DNA of 64,000 bases from Eledone cirrhosa (taxonomy: Eukaryota): the NCBI GenBank assembly GCA_964016885.1, contig OZ024742.1, positions 57,474,001-57,538,000 on the forward strand, in the 5' to 3' direction. Position numbers and translations under genes: made by a program. This document shows, one piece after another, positions 50,751 through 64,000 of this stretch. The notes beneath the pieces are model-generated. The model was given only the letters and a program-made list of their open reading frames with translations, was not told where the DNA came from and searched no databases. The stretch's first letter is position 1, and each line of letters starts with the position of its first letter.

Positions 50751-50836
<86 letters not shown>

Positions 50837-51285
50837 GATAAAAGAGAAAACACAGGTAAGCATTAAAAAAAGGATTTTATCAAGGTATTTACGACCGTTT
50901 CATTGGTAAGTGCAACCTTATATTGCTATACTGCAAATAACAGCCACTCAATAATAATTGTTGTACACGTCCAAATTTTCAAAATAGTGTTAAGTTACTC
51001 TTAACAACTTCTTAATATATAAAAAAAAACATTTTTTGGTATTTGCTAGTATAGAGAGAGAGGAAGAGGAATTAGAAAGTGGAGGGACAAAGGGACTAGT
51101 ATAAAGAGATAGGAAGGGGGAGAAGAATTAGGAAGTAGGGTGACAAACTGAGATGGAGGGAGGACTAGAGGTGGAAGGAATCTTTGATCAGTTTTGATAT
51201 ATGTAGACATTATGTCGTCGATTTAGAGTGTAGTGAGTTAAAGAGAATTAAATTGTTTATAGTGGGATGGATGGAGAGAGAGAGA

Positions 51286-51353
<68 letters not shown>

Positions 51354-51400
51354 GAGAGAGAAAGAGAGAGAGAGGGGGGAGGGATAGAGAGATAAATATA

Positions 51401-51439
<39 letters not shown>

Positions 51440-54104
51440 TTTAAAAAATAAATAAATAAATAAAATAAAGAAGGGAGGGAGAAAGAAGAAAAGAAAAGAC
51501 ATCAAAAAAAAGGGAGAGAAGAAGGGAAGAAAACGAAAAGAAATAGAAGAGGAATGAAGGAGAAGAGAGGGATATTGGTATTGGTTTTTGTGGGTAATTA
51601 AAGGGGTTGTATACAATAAGAGGGTAGAAAGTCTAAGTATATGTAGTTTGTCAGGTGGTAATAAGAGGTTAAGGGCTCGATTTGCACTTGTAGTGCGAAA
51701 ACTTTTCTTTGAGTTTATGGTTACAATAAATCGATCTTTCGATTTTATTGTTGAGTAACTTATTCTTCGAACTCAAAATGTGGAACAGCTCAAGGTCACA
51801 TAATCGACAGCTTCTCATACCACTCCGATATGGGGGCGCGTTCGATAATTTTTTCCACTTCAGGGTGTATTGGTGGTTACTTTCCCTCAGTTGCTAGGTC
51901 TTGTTCGCAAGGGTAGTTACATAACGATGCTGGGAATGTTTCCTTGCGTAACGGTGTGTATACCAACGAGCTTTAAATGTATCCCAGTCGCTCCGATGTA
52001 ATACCATTTCTGGTTGTCTGATTCCACTGTGCATTGGTAAACCAGGTTAGACTGCATACATTCGTTATGTAATGGACAGGTTTCAGGTAGGTGGCAATTA
52101 CAATTCTTGTCATGGGCAACCTTGGCATTATTAGTGGGCTGCGATGCCTGTACAAGTGTGTTACCTCTTGTTTGCCTATTAGTGGGTGGTTGTGTATTAG
52201 ATATTCTGTTGTGTTCAATGTTAATTGTATTGTTATTGTTATAAATTTGTGTTCTGGTGTTGTTACGTATCTTTTTAGCGTTAAGCATCTTAATATGTGC
52301 CTCTATGTTTGGTGCCGTGGAGTAAGATAGTCTAATAGATTTAGTGTTAAGGATTTTGCTGTATCTATGTGAATCTGGAAAGTGCTTATTTATTATTCTA
52401 AAGAAGGTAGGGGGTAGGTTAGTACTAATAGAGGTGTTAAATATGGGGTTATACCAAATATATTTTCTATTGCGTGACCTGCTTGATTTCGATGTTGTTT
52501 TTCTATTTTCATTATAATTTGTAGTTCTATGCGTAAATGTGTGTGTGCGTGTGTTTCTGGAGTTTGTGTTATGCGTGTTCGTGTGTGCTTTGCGGAGGCT
52601 TTCATCTATATATTCTACTCTATCTAAGTGGCCTGCCTTGTCTAGTGCGGTATTGTAGTACTCTGCATGTTCCTCGAAGATTTGTTGGTTAGACGAGAGG
52701 CGGGAGATCCTAAGGGATATGCTGCGCGGAACGGATTTAATTATGGATAGTGGGTGGTTCGAATTACAGTTGATGTATGCTAAGTTTTCATTAATCTTGT
52801 GAAAAGGTCTTACAAGTCCCGTATTTAGGTTAAGTGTCGCGTCTAGAAAGTTAACTATTTTCATACGTTATGCTAAGGCCCAGTTTCCCGATTGTCTTTC
52901 TAATATTCTTACGCAGTCTTTCTATGCTCTGGTTATTTAGGTTCTTAACTAGGAAAAGAGCGTCGTCTCTGTAGATTCCACCGTGAAGGTCGCTAAACTC
53001 CCTCTGTAAATTATGCGCTATGTAAATACCTACTAAATCTGTGACTTGAGCCGAGTCATTAGCCCCCATCGTGATGTTAAGTTATTTAATCTATCCTTAC
53101 GTTCCCAATAGGCGTTTTCAAATTTAATTATTGTTTTCCTAGCAGCTAATATAATTTTTATTTCGTCGTCTGTCAGGTCAGAATTGGCTTTGGCGAATGC
53201 TAAGGCTTTATCCAAGGTGTTGGGAGATATAGAGGAGTAATAGTCGTTAATGTCAAATTGTATAAACTTAGATACTTTTTTGTTAGCTATATTGTTAAAC
53301 CATTTAATTGTTTCGGTAGTGTTACCCCATAGTTTAATTACTAGTTTATTCTTCATTTGTGCTATCACTCTGTCTAATATATGTTCACTAATTTTCCCAA
53401 TGTCCGATTTGGACGGGCATATAAGTCTAATTGTGGGGTTATAATCAAAATTTACCTTATGGTCCTTGAGATAAAATGTGGGAGTACATGGCCTAAGTGT
53501 CTCCGTTCTGTCCTCTATTCCTAGGCGTTTGACTATATTGTGTGCCTCGTTGTTGATGTTTATCAGTGCCGTCTCGTTAGTTTTTTTTCTATTTCCTATG
53601 TAATTCCTTCCGTATGAAGCTATTGTATGTATTAATATCCATCGTATACACATTTGAGGTTTTGTCCGCTTTGACAATAATTCCATTGGTGGTTAGCAGC
53701 TTTTTAAGGAATGTATTCATGTCATTCTGGAGTTTATTATTCCTCCGCTTTTTGAATTTGATATTCATAATCACCTTCAGTAAGTCCTGTTCAAAGGCAT
53801 CCAGTTGAGGGTTGGTAGGTGGGTTCCTACATGATTTGAAGCCGTATGTTTCCTTGTCGCATTCCACGGTGCGACCGTTACGTCCTTTGTCGAAATGGAA
53901 AGTTTTCCATCTAACCCGGCGTATGAAGTCGTTTGTTCGCTGTATCATCCCGAGGGTATAATCCTTTCTCAGAGGTATAGGAATGTTCTTTAGGGACATA
54001 CCTATGTAATGCTTTTCCATAGTAGTACTGTATGTTTAGGTGGTTGCTCGACCGATAAGGAGCCTATAGTTAGGGAAGCAGAAAATTGCTTATTGTAATC
54101 CAGT

Positions 54105-54880
54105 TCGTGATTCAGGCTCATTAAAAACCTTAAATTAACCAACATTGAACACTCACTAACATGGGATATCTTAGCTAGGGCCCAACCGTTCAATGGACGA
54201 AGAAAATCTTGTGATCTCTGTATTACCGAAGCATATTACATAACTCTATCACGACCTCTACCGATTAACGATAGAACGGAGGTAACTATTAGCTGTCAAC
54301 ATCGCAGGGCTAATTCCTTCGCCAACAGAATATTTGACCCAACATAGTCATCTAGCCCCATTTTTACTTGTAGCTAATAAGTTAAATAGCTATAACTAAC
54401 TTAGATAATTATAAGTTACCTCCCTTACATTGTTTCTCAATTAAAAAATTAAAAAATTAGCACTTAACTATAAACTACCCACAATTTCTAATCTCTCGAG
54501 GAGTTACTTCCCCTGAAACCACCCTCTAATTAGTAAGGTAAATATGTCCATTGGCGGCCATCTTGTTACCCATAGGCAGATCTCACACAATGCAGCCTCG
54601 ACAGAAGAATACTGCTTGATTATGGCAGACAATTGATACACCCAGGACACCATAGTGAAATACCAATATATGGAACATTACATTTATGTAACATTCTTTC
54701 CTTATTTTAATTTATATTCCTTTGAATTTCCGATGAGCCGCTCTATCTTTAACTAAGTTAATTATTTTCAACTGAACCAGATCAATAATGATATATAGTC
54801 ATTTGATCCAGAAATATTATATGGAGTAGCGAAACAATTGTAAATGGACATTATTATTATTAATATTATTATATTAATAT
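54105..54880 (+). mobile_element. 3' fragment of another PLE family (GIY-YIG C-terminus plus 3' non-coding region)
   Basis: The plus frame reads ...IEHSLTWDILARAQPFNGRRKSCDLCITEAYYI...INDRTEV...CQHR, parallel to the C-termini at 17986-18200 and 55020-55289. Confidence 0.7.
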
Positions 54881-54882
54881 AT

Positions 54883-54940
54883 GTGGATTGGCAGTATCGG
54901 TAGAGAGTCGGACACCATGCTTTGAAGCATAGAGTTACGT
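54883..54940 (+). mobile_element. SINE 5' head fragment fused to the inverted PLE arm
   Basis: Matches 12626-12682 closely. Confidence 0.75.
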
Positions 54941-56009
54941 CCCAGACAACCAGAAATGGTATTACATCGGAGCGACTGGGAATACATTTAAAGCCCGTTG
55001 GTATACACACCGTTACGCAATGAAACATTCCCAGCACCGGTATGTAACTACCCTTGCAAACAAGACCTGGCAACTGAGGGAAAGTAACCATCAATACACC
55101 CTGAAGTGGAAAAAATTATCGAACGCGCCCCCATATCGGAGTGGTATGAGAAGCTGTCGATTATGCGACCTTGAGCTATTCCACATCTTAAGTTCGAAGA
55201 ATAAGTTACTCAACAATAAAATCGAAAGATCAATTTATTGTAACCATAGACTCAAAGAGAAGTTTTCGCACTACAAATCGAACCCTTAACCTCTTACTAC
55301 CAACTGACAAACTGCATATACTTAGACTTTATACCCTTTTGTTGTACCTAAACCCTTTTAATTACCCACAAAACCAATACCTATATCCCTCTCTTCTCCT
55401 TCATTCCTCTTCTATTTCTTCGTTTTCTTCCTTCCTTCCCTCCCCTTCTTGGCTATCTTTTCTTTTCTTCTTTCTCACCCCCTTCTTTGCTTTTATTTTT
55501 GTCATTATTATCTTTATCTTTATTTGTTATATATATATATATATATATCTTTATATCTCGCCCTCTCTCTCTCCCTCTCTATCCATCCCTCCCACTATGA
55601 TCAATTTAATTCTCTTTAACTCACTACATTCCACGACATGAAGTCTGCTATCAAAACTGACCAAGGAATCCTTCCACCTCTACCCCTCCCTCCATCTCAG
55701 TTTGTCACTCTACTACCTACCTCTTCCCCCTTCCTCTCTCTCTATACTATTCCGTTTGTCCCCTCACCTTCTGATTCCTCTCTCTATATACTAGTAAATA
55801 CAATTCCAAATAAATGTTTTTCTCTATATATTAAGAATTATTTCAAGAGTAACTTACTATTTTGAAAATTTGGACTGTGAACAACAATTATAATTGAGTA
55901 GCTGCTATTTGCAGTATAGCAATATAAGGTTGCACTTACCAATGAAACGGTCGTAAATACCTGGATAAAATCCTTCTCTTAATGCTCACCTGTGTTTTCT
56001 CTTTTATAC

Positions 56010-56084
<75 letters not shown>

Positions 56085-56192
56085 GGAATAGAATGAAACG
56101 AAATTTCATTTCTCACTCTTAGTACGGCACTTACTTAAATGTACGTATGTATGTATACGTACATACATATATGTATACAGACGTACAGTAGC

Positions 56193-56265
<73 letters not shown>

Positions 56266-56530
56266 CAGGCACACATATATATATGCACGTATCAGTTTAC
56301 CTGTGTCAGTGTTGAGCAAAAAGGTGACATGTTTGCCTGAACACTGTACGGCGTAAATCAGGCTGTTCGTTTGTTTACAAACGAACAAAGCGAACATTAT
56401 AATAAATGTTCGGTAAACTGATACGTGCATATATATATGTGTGCCTGTATGTATATATATATATATATACATGCTACTGTACGTCTGTATACATATATGT
56501 ATGTACGTATACATACATACTTACATTTAT
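56085..56530. mobile_element. Fold-back derivative of the 20268-20700 family
   Basis: 56147-56300 is the inverse of 56413-56520; blocks are shared with 20268-20700. Confidence 0.7.
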
Positions 56531-56531
56531 A

Positions 56532-56600
<69 letters not shown>

Positions 56601-57018
56601 TCATCTCGATTTAGTTGTATCATAGAAGCTCAATGAAAATTAGATACGAAAATATCATAATTCAGAGCATACTCATACGATATTATTATGGAGACAACAA
56701 TGTTTATATTTTGTTATACATATGACGGCGCAGGAAAGTAAGCAGGTTAGAAATTATCATTTACATTACAATTAAATTCTTATCTACACCGTGATTTCAA
56801 ACCAAGAGAAAAATTATACCAATTACCATAATTAGAATAAACCAGATAATTAGCACATTTAAGACAATTGTTATCATCATTGGGAATGTGTTTTAGTGCT
56901 ACAAAATAAATACTATCCATTGGGAGTTCGAGTTGAATAATGAACTCTCATGTGTGATTAAGCTTAGCTAGTAACGTGACGCTGGAATTAGGTGGAAAAC
57001 ATAAAAGAAAATATAATT

Positions 57019-57067
<49 letters not shown>

Positions 57068-57074
<7 letters not shown>

Positions 57075-57334
57075 GTCTCAAGCCAGAAGGCTCATTTGGC
57101 CGGTGCTTATCCCGGTTTCATGGCGTGAAGCGACTGAGAGTATAAGAATCCCCCCTGGAAAGGACGCAAATCCAACGCAGGGCTAAACCCCCAGCTATTG
57201 CTGGTACTCATTTTCAGCTGAGTATACTGGAGCAACGTGAAATAAAGTGTTTTGCTCAAGAACACAACACGCATCCCAGGAATCGAACCCACGACGTTAT
57301 GATCGTAAGTCGTACACCCTTATCACTAGGCCAC
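57068..57334 (-). mobile_element. tRNA-derived SINE
   Basis: Reverse complement begins gtggcctagtgataagg (A box), then gggttcgattcc (B box), then gtgttcttgagcaaaacactt. Related to 62431-62740. Confidence 0.85.
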
Positions 57335-57335
57335 A

Positions 57336-58032
57336 AACACAGATATATAACTATATGCGCCCAAATCACAAAGGACAGAAACTGCCAGGGTGAAGAAAAT
57401 ACTGACTAAAAATAGTACCGTTCACAGAACTTAATTAAAAGGATAAATCGAGATATACAAACCTACTATGATAACTATCAAGCATCCAGACGGCTTTCGG
57501 ATAGAACTGTTTCCTAATTCAGTGAAGAAATTAACTGCTCCGATGCTTTTCAATGGATTCTCACGACCAGGAAACTCCTCACCACTAAATTTCTTAGAAG
57601 ACTAAATAACGCACATGTGTTAAGAGAGAAAGCACATGGTTATCGCGTGTCAGGCGGGTCGAATAGAACATAAGGCTACTAGAAAAAATAGCTGTCAGAA
57701 CCATCCGATATATTAAAAGCTCAACAGTAAATATATAACTTTCTCTCTTAACACATGTGCGTTATTTAGTCTTCTAAGAAATTTAGTAGTGAGGGATATA
57801 CTGGTCGTGAAGCATCCATTGAAAAGCATCGTACCAGTAAATCGTTTCACTTAATTGCGAAACAGTTCTACCCGAAAGCCGTCTGTATGCTTGATAGTTA
57901 TCATAGTAGATTTGTATATTTCGATTTATCCTTTTAATTGAGCTGTGAACCGTACAATTTTTAGTCAGTATTTTCTTCATCCTGGCGGTTTCTGTCCTTG
58001 TGATTTGAACGCATTAGTTATATATCAGTGTT
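57336..58032. mobile_element. Older fold-back element (about 295-bp diverged arms) with decayed hammerhead remnants
   Basis: 57336-57632 is the inverse of 57739-58032. GAAA-gccg-TC-tg(g/t)atgct is retained, but the CUGANGA core is lost. Confidence 0.75.
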
Positions 58033-58099
58033 CGTCTCCCTTTACTATAGTATATATATAGAGAGAGAGATGGGGGGGGATGTGTGTGTGGGGGGGGGG

Positions 58100-58540
58100 G
58101 GCATAACAGATTTGGAGCTTTCATACGGTATAAATTATGTGATCATTATAATGTGCCAACAGAAAATATTTCAGAGAATGGTAAAGTAACCATATTCGGA
58201 ATTATGCTTATTCTCACAGACAAGGAGATCAAGACAAATCGATATTACTGTCAAAGACAATTAGGGAAAGAAATGTCTTTTAATGTATCAATTTCGCCAG
58301 ATAGCTATGTATCTCCAAAGGAAACGAAACAACCTATCAAAATATATATATTTTAATCCTGAAAATTGAGATAACTAGCATATTGAAATAGAAAACATAA
58401 ATAATCCCCTTAATATTGAATGATTTAGAAAGTTTAATAAAGATTAAAACGAATACGCTACGAAACTCGAAGTTTAGACATATACACAACATACAGAAAA
58501 TAATAGTACTTTTGTACTACTACACATTTCCAACGTAAAA
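58100..58540 (+). pseudogene. Decayed restriction-like endonuclease region of a Dong/R4-like LINE
   Basis: HNRFGAFIRYKLC...ENGKVTI...TDKEIKTNR parallels [13 protein letters not shown]...[23 protein letters not shown]. Confidence 0.65.
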
Positions 58541-59041
58541 TATGTTCAACGGATATTATGCAATGCTGCCCATTAGATATTCACATACAACTTATGATAT
58601 GCAGGGAGATCAATCAGATTTACTGAATGTCATAATAAAAGTGTAATTAGCAGTGTCTCTGTGGACAATGTCTTAATTTTGTATTCATTAGTAGTTTCTC
58701 TGTGGACAGGTAAAGAACGTAACTTAGTTTCTGATGAAATCCTAAAAGAGAAATGAAATGAAGGTATTATATATAAAGGCAAGATGTTTACATTTGTCTA
58801 TTAGATACACTGTTGGCTATTACCTGTAAATATACTCCTTAATACATAACCACAAGACAACGAACTTCACACACAAACACTTTCCCAAAATGCCAAGTAA
58901 TAGGATCGAATTCAGAACCCGATGGTAATGAAATGAATTATAACTTTTGGCTAGCTGCATTAGTCAGTTAAAGAAACCCTCATAATTTATATCAGAATCC
59001 AGTCATGTGATTTGTTGTTTCTACTTATAATGACGTACTGG

Positions 59042-59193
59042 TGCTGACAAATTGGCAGAGTCGACAGAACGTTAGATAGAATGCTTTGTCGTATTCGTTT
59101 TGGGTCTCAGCACTCTGAGATAAAATCCCAGCTTTGCCTTTCATTCTTTTGAGGTTGATAAAAAAAAGTACCACTCTAGTACTGGGGCCGATT
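59042..59193 (+). mobile_element. Degenerate SINE (12621 family)
   Basis: ttggcagagtcg...ctttgcctttcatt...gataaaa...gtaccac...actggggccgat. Confidence 0.65.
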
Positions 59194-59232
59194 CTTCTTC
59201 TATATTTCTTTCTCACTTCCTCTCTATCAAAC

Positions 59233-59265
<33 letters not shown>

Positions 59266-60114
59266 TGAAGAAATCTGCTGTGTTCAGACCTGGGGGGGGG
59301 GGGGAAATGGGCTACAATTTCACCAGTAGTTGCAAGTCCATACATACATTCCAACAAAACAACATCGAAGCAAAACACTTCTTATACATTAATAATTTAT
59401 TAGCCATCAAAAATATATTGCTTGTGCTGCAATATAATCTTAGGATAATAAATAACCTTAAAACGTAATTTTAAATAGATTGTTACATAGTGCAAGATTC
59501 GACACATTATTTTGTGAATTTTATTCGCTGGGGGATCTAACAAAATCGAAACATGTCTGTTGTTTTCAACAAGGATTTATAAAATAAAAACGTTGGCCCC
59601 GTCACATCGTAATGTGAAGAAACGAGGGGTGGCTTAAACAATAGATCTCCATGTAATCCCATCCCCTACAACATGAGTATTTCACTCACTTCCAGTGGTG
59701 GAAACGCATTTCACCAAAGATGAGTTATCGTTCTGTTCTGTTACTAGAGTTTGTGTAATCAGCTATACACTATAAAGGAATGATAAGTCCGCAGACCAGT
59801 GGAGTAACTTGAAATAAAGAGTCTGCTCAAGTACACAGCACGCCACACAGTCCAGGACCGTATGATTGTGAGCCGAACACCCTAATCAATAAGCAACGAA
59901 CCTTCACAAAAAGTCCACTCACGTAGTATTGTCTTAAACTTGGGTAATGTAGTTCTACATTCAACTGGGTGAATGGTCATATTTGGAATGTCTTTCAACA
60001 TCCATCTATTCGAATAAAGCTGACCTTTGACTAAACAACATGTCGCACTTTCTATCTTATCTGACAGGTCACTTTCAGTAAAAACAAAATTACTCTAGTG
60101 AGTGTGTGCGGAAT

Positions 60115-60380
60115 GGACATCCGTCGAATTTGACAATCAGTTTTCTGGTTGTTTAATCAACGGAACTGCCTGCTCATGAAATTAAGGTGGAAGTGTCTGA
60201 GCATTCCACAGACTCGTCTACCCATAACTCAACTCGTGAATTCACCGGGTTTACAGACACGTGTACCCTTAAGGTAATTTTCAGGGAGATTCAACATGAA
60301 ACACCGTCGAACAAGTCTGGTCCTTTGAATTACAAGGTACAGACACATTGAATTCGTAGGGCTTCCACACAGTTTCAATC
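60115..60380 (-). mobile_element. Degenerate SINE-like repeat
   Basis: The block gcctgctcatgaaatt...ttccacagac...gtacccttaa is shared with 60904-60965. Confidence 0.55.
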
Positions 60381-60702
60381 GCCCCAATTATTGTAGTGGG
60401 TGTACGGCATTGTTAAAAACTGATGCATTTCTCTTGAACTAAATTTTGGATTATATTATATTTTTGATACCACATGATTAAAGTAAACTAAATGTGTTTA
60501 TTTGGTTTGCTTTAGATTTTTTCTTTTCATTTCAAATAAGCAAGCTCGGCGTTTCAGGTAATTGAGTTTGCTGTTTGGCCAGTTCATATAAACAGAATTT
60601 GGTTTTCAATTAATTGTTAATCGATACAGAGAAGTTTGTCGAAATATTAAATTTCACCTAAGACTGGCGCTACTTTCCATAATATATTTCCAATAAGTAT
60701 AC

Positions 60703-60802
<100 letters not shown>

Positions 60803-60815
60803 ACATATATATATA

Positions 60816-61172
60816 TATTATTAACTCGTAGTTGTATAAAGGAATGGAATGAGCCTTTGTCGGTTGCGACGATGAACGTTCTAGTTGTTCGAGTAACAGA
60901 ACAGCCTGCTCTTGAAATTAGCATGTTAGTGGGTGAGAATTCCACAGACATGTGTACCCTTAACGGTGTATAAATGAAATAAATGATCATCAACGAAAAA
61001 TCTAAACTATGGGCTTAGCAAACCACATGGGAAGATTACCCCAATTCACACGAAAGACTTCTTTATAGGATGTAAGGAAAGGCACAGTTAAAGCAATGTA
61101 TATTAACTGGTTACTGATATATTTCCTCAGGCACTCGTGTTATTGAAACACAATTCACTATTCATAAATGAA

Positions 61173-61214
<42 letters not shown>

Positions 61215-61581
61215 TATACATATATTCATTTATGAATAGTGAATTGTGTTTCAATAACACGAGTGCCTGAGGAAATATATCAGTAACCAGTTAATATACA
61301 TTGCTTTAACTGTGCCTTTCCTTACATCCTATAAAGAAGTCTTTCGTGTGAATTGGGGTAATCTTCCCATGTGGTTTGCTAAGCCCATAGTTTAGATTTT
61401 TCGTTGATGATCATTTATTTCATTTATACACCGTTAAGGGTACACATGTCTGTGGAATTCTCACCCACTAACATGATAATTTCAAGAGCAGGCTGTTCTG
61501 TTACTCGAACAACTAGAACGTTCATCGTCGCAACCGACAAAGGCTCATTCCATTCCTTTATACAACTACGAGTTAATAATA
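60816..61581. repeat. Near-perfect inverted duplication (about 360-bp arms) centred on a (TA)n tract
   Basis: The arms differ at about one position by eye. Confidence 0.92.
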
Positions 61582-62430
61582 CAGAATAATGCAGAGCAAT
61601 CCAGTATTGAACCCGTTCTGTCTAGTCACTACCTCAATGTTATATTGATTTGTTATAATATATAGATTTTGTGGGCAAGTGAGTATTGCAGTCAATTGAA
61701 TCGATCTCAGTACTTCACTGATCCATTATATGTATCTATATTGGTGAAACCAACAGCAAAATCTAGCTTTTCTGGTATTGAACTCAAAAAATAACTAGAC
61801 GTAACTAAAATTCACTACTGATGTTTTACCACTTTTGTTACCCTCATATTTCATACATTGGTATCATTACATAAAGGGAGAAATATTGCTGGTTCCATTC
61901 ATAATACTCCCCTCCACTACTATGGACTAGATGTGTATTCATACTACAATCTGATTTCACGAAATAGAGAATTTTACAAACAAAATATTTTTTACGTCAC
62001 TCAGGCATAGCTCCCCAACTCTGATTAAACTGATTAGAGTTAAAGCCATATATAAGTGCTTCGAGCGTTTTGTACTGCAATTGCATTGGACCGAACATAC
62101 TCTCAATCAGAAAGTAAAGTAAGCGAAGAAAAAATTAGGGGTAAACAAAATACAGTATTATAGAATTTAATGAGCTGGAGAATAAAACAAATATAAATGA
62201 ATAAATAAATAAATAATTAATTAAATAATTAAGTAAACATGAAGTCTACAAATTATGAAATTTCCTGACATATAGAGGTTGGTGCACGTTTGATTCTATA
62301 TCCACCATTGAAAAATATTACCCAATCCCACAATTGATGGAATGGTATTTTTTTTAACACACACACATATATATATATATATTATATGTATTATTTATGT
62401 ATATATATATATATATATGTGTATTATATA

Positions 62431-62740
62431 CATATGGCTTAGTGGTTAGAGTGTTGGACTTGCAACCGAGCGGTTGTGAGTCGACCGGGTACTGCTTTGT
62501 GTCCTTGAGCAAGACATTTTATTTCACCTTGCTCCAGTTCACTCAGCTGTAGAAATAAGTTGCGACGTCACTGGTGCCAAGTTGTCATTGCCTTTCCCTC
62601 GGACAACATCGGTGACGTGGAGAAGGAAACTGGTATGTGTGGGCGACTGCTGGTCTTCCACAAATAACCTTGTCCGGACTTGTGCCTCGGCGGAGAACTT
62701 TCTAGGTCATTCATGACTGAAGGGTGTCGTTACCCTTTAT
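62431..62740 (+). mobile_element. tRNA-derived SINE
   Basis: tggcttagtggttagag A box, degenerate B box, and gtgtccttgagcaagaca...ttgctccagt block. Confidence 0.8.
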
Positions 62741-63485
62741 ATATATATATGGGGGGGGGGGTGAATACATACATGCATACATGACCTTAAGCGAGATGAC
62801 AGAAACTAATTGAATAACAAACACATTTATATATGTGTGTGTGCGGGAATATGCGTGTGTATGTATGTATGTATGTATGTATATATACATATACATTTAT
62901 GAATGTGTGTATGTATGAATGTATATATGTCAGGTCGCTCTCGGGTGCTACTGGTAACATGTAACCCAGTACAACCTGTCTCATGGTCGGGTCGTCGGCG
63001 ACTAAACCGGCAACCCCACCAAGCTTGCTTGGTGAGGAGGGTGATATTTGGACACCCTGCGGTATGAAATACAAGACCCAGCAAAGGGTGGAAGAACTTA
63101 GCAGAGTCAACGGCCATCCAAAAAGTACTTCTTTTTTTACCTGGGAGTGAAAGGCCCCCCAGTTGTTGTCACAACACCTTTCTAAGAGAGAGAAACTGTG
63201 AGAAAAAACCTGCGGCTTCGGAAGCATTCGATGATGTTGACCAGCTCTCCTTTTCGGGTAGTGTTTTCGATACTCAGAGAGTGGGATTGGTCGAGTGCAG
63301 GGTTTTCCCCACTTAAAAACCTTCAAAGCACAGACATTGCTTGTTCAGGATCTGTTACAGGTTCGTGTGGCTGGCTGTAGCCTAAAGGTGAACCATTTTC
63401 TGTAATACGATTGCAATACTCTTAGCAGTGTTTGCAGTTATTATGTATGAATTACGTACGTACGTCTATAAGTATCTATGCATGT

Positions 63486-64000
63486 ATGAGGTTTGTCCCA
63501 AAAGTAAAGATACTGATGTTTTGTTTAAATGTATATTAAACGTACATGAAATTGCGACACTTAGGAAGTCACACAGTGATTCCAACGTTTTTCCATTAGT
63601 CGTAGTAGTACCAAAAGTCATTTTCTGTGAGTGTCCTCAATTTTTTGTATGTTTTCCACACTCCTAAAATGATGATCCTTCAACTTAGAGAAGAGGTATA
63701 AACCATACAGAGCTAGATCTATGCTGCATGGAGGATGTGGAAGAGTGAGAATGTTTTTCTTCGCTAGAAATTGTCTAATTGAAAGTGCTGTGTGAACAGG
63801 CATGTAATCGTGATGCAGTACCCAACCTCCTGCAATGTCCTTTCAGACTCGTTGGAGCCGTTTTCGAAGTCGTTGCAAGGCATCTTTGTAAAAAGTGCGA
63901 TTAACTGTCTGTCCAGGAGGTAAATATTCTTTGTGACCAATACCACGGCTATTGAAAAAAATGATAATCATCGTTTTCACCCTGGATCTGCTCATGTATG
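63486..64000 (-). mobile_element. Decayed mariner transposon, 3' part; continues beyond window end
   Basis: HTALSIRQFLAK...LPHPPCSIDLALYGLYLFSKLK resembles the mariner HPPYSPDLAPxDxxLF motif. A TIR-like end tatgaggtttgtccca is present. Confidence 0.8.

Larger units (their letters stand above)
49995..50755. mobile_element. Tandem-plus-inverted hammerhead-bearing element (291-bp period, then an inverted copy)
   Basis: actataatattgagataagc occurs at 49995 and 50286. 50469-50755 is the inverse of 50000-50286. Confidence 0.88.
50835..56010 (-). mobile_element. Penelope-like element with a diverged inverted copy of its 3' end (54943-56010) and intervening fragments
   Basis: Frameshifted ORF from about 54020 to 51680: ADKTSN, LKDHK, FDINDYYSSI, MGANDSAQVTDLVG, IYRDD, CNC...CPL, NLVYQC...YYIG. 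50835-52021 is the inverse of 54943-56010. Confidence 0.9.

Noticed and set aside
55835-55962. GAAA-cggtcg-TA hammerhead 3' half in the PLE pLTR (inverse near 50884-51010)
   Set aside because: The CUGANGA core is degenerate in both arms, so it was not counted.
57240-57334. tRNA gene
   Set aside because: A and B boxes are present, but there is no cloverleaf and the sequence continues into a SINE body.

Overview
Gene-free, AT-rich, microsatellite-dense eukaryotic DNA made almost entirely of retroelements. The SINE types and microsatellite load suggest an octopus-like cephalopod (inference, not searched). No host gene could be supported. There are three layers. (1) Site-specific non-LTR retrotransposons stacked in (AAT)n tracts: Dong/R4-like elements (RT, CCHC finger, restriction-like endonuclease) are always on +, and Tx1/L1-like elements (APE, RT) are always on -. 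(2) Penelope-like elements (PLEs; RT plus GIY-YIG) with inverted partial copies, and many short non-coding tandem or fold-back elements sitting mostly in (TA)n tracts. (3) Mariner remnants and tRNA-derived SINEs. The main unexpected signal, read by eye, is about 20 type I hammerhead ribozyme (HHR) motifs of 11 distinct sequence types. They include a 310-bp tandem retrozyme-like array folded into a palindrome. In every inverted structure that can be oriented, the sense strands point outward from the centre, suggesting a two-ended priming mode of insertion. Coordinates were read manually and may be off by a few bases.
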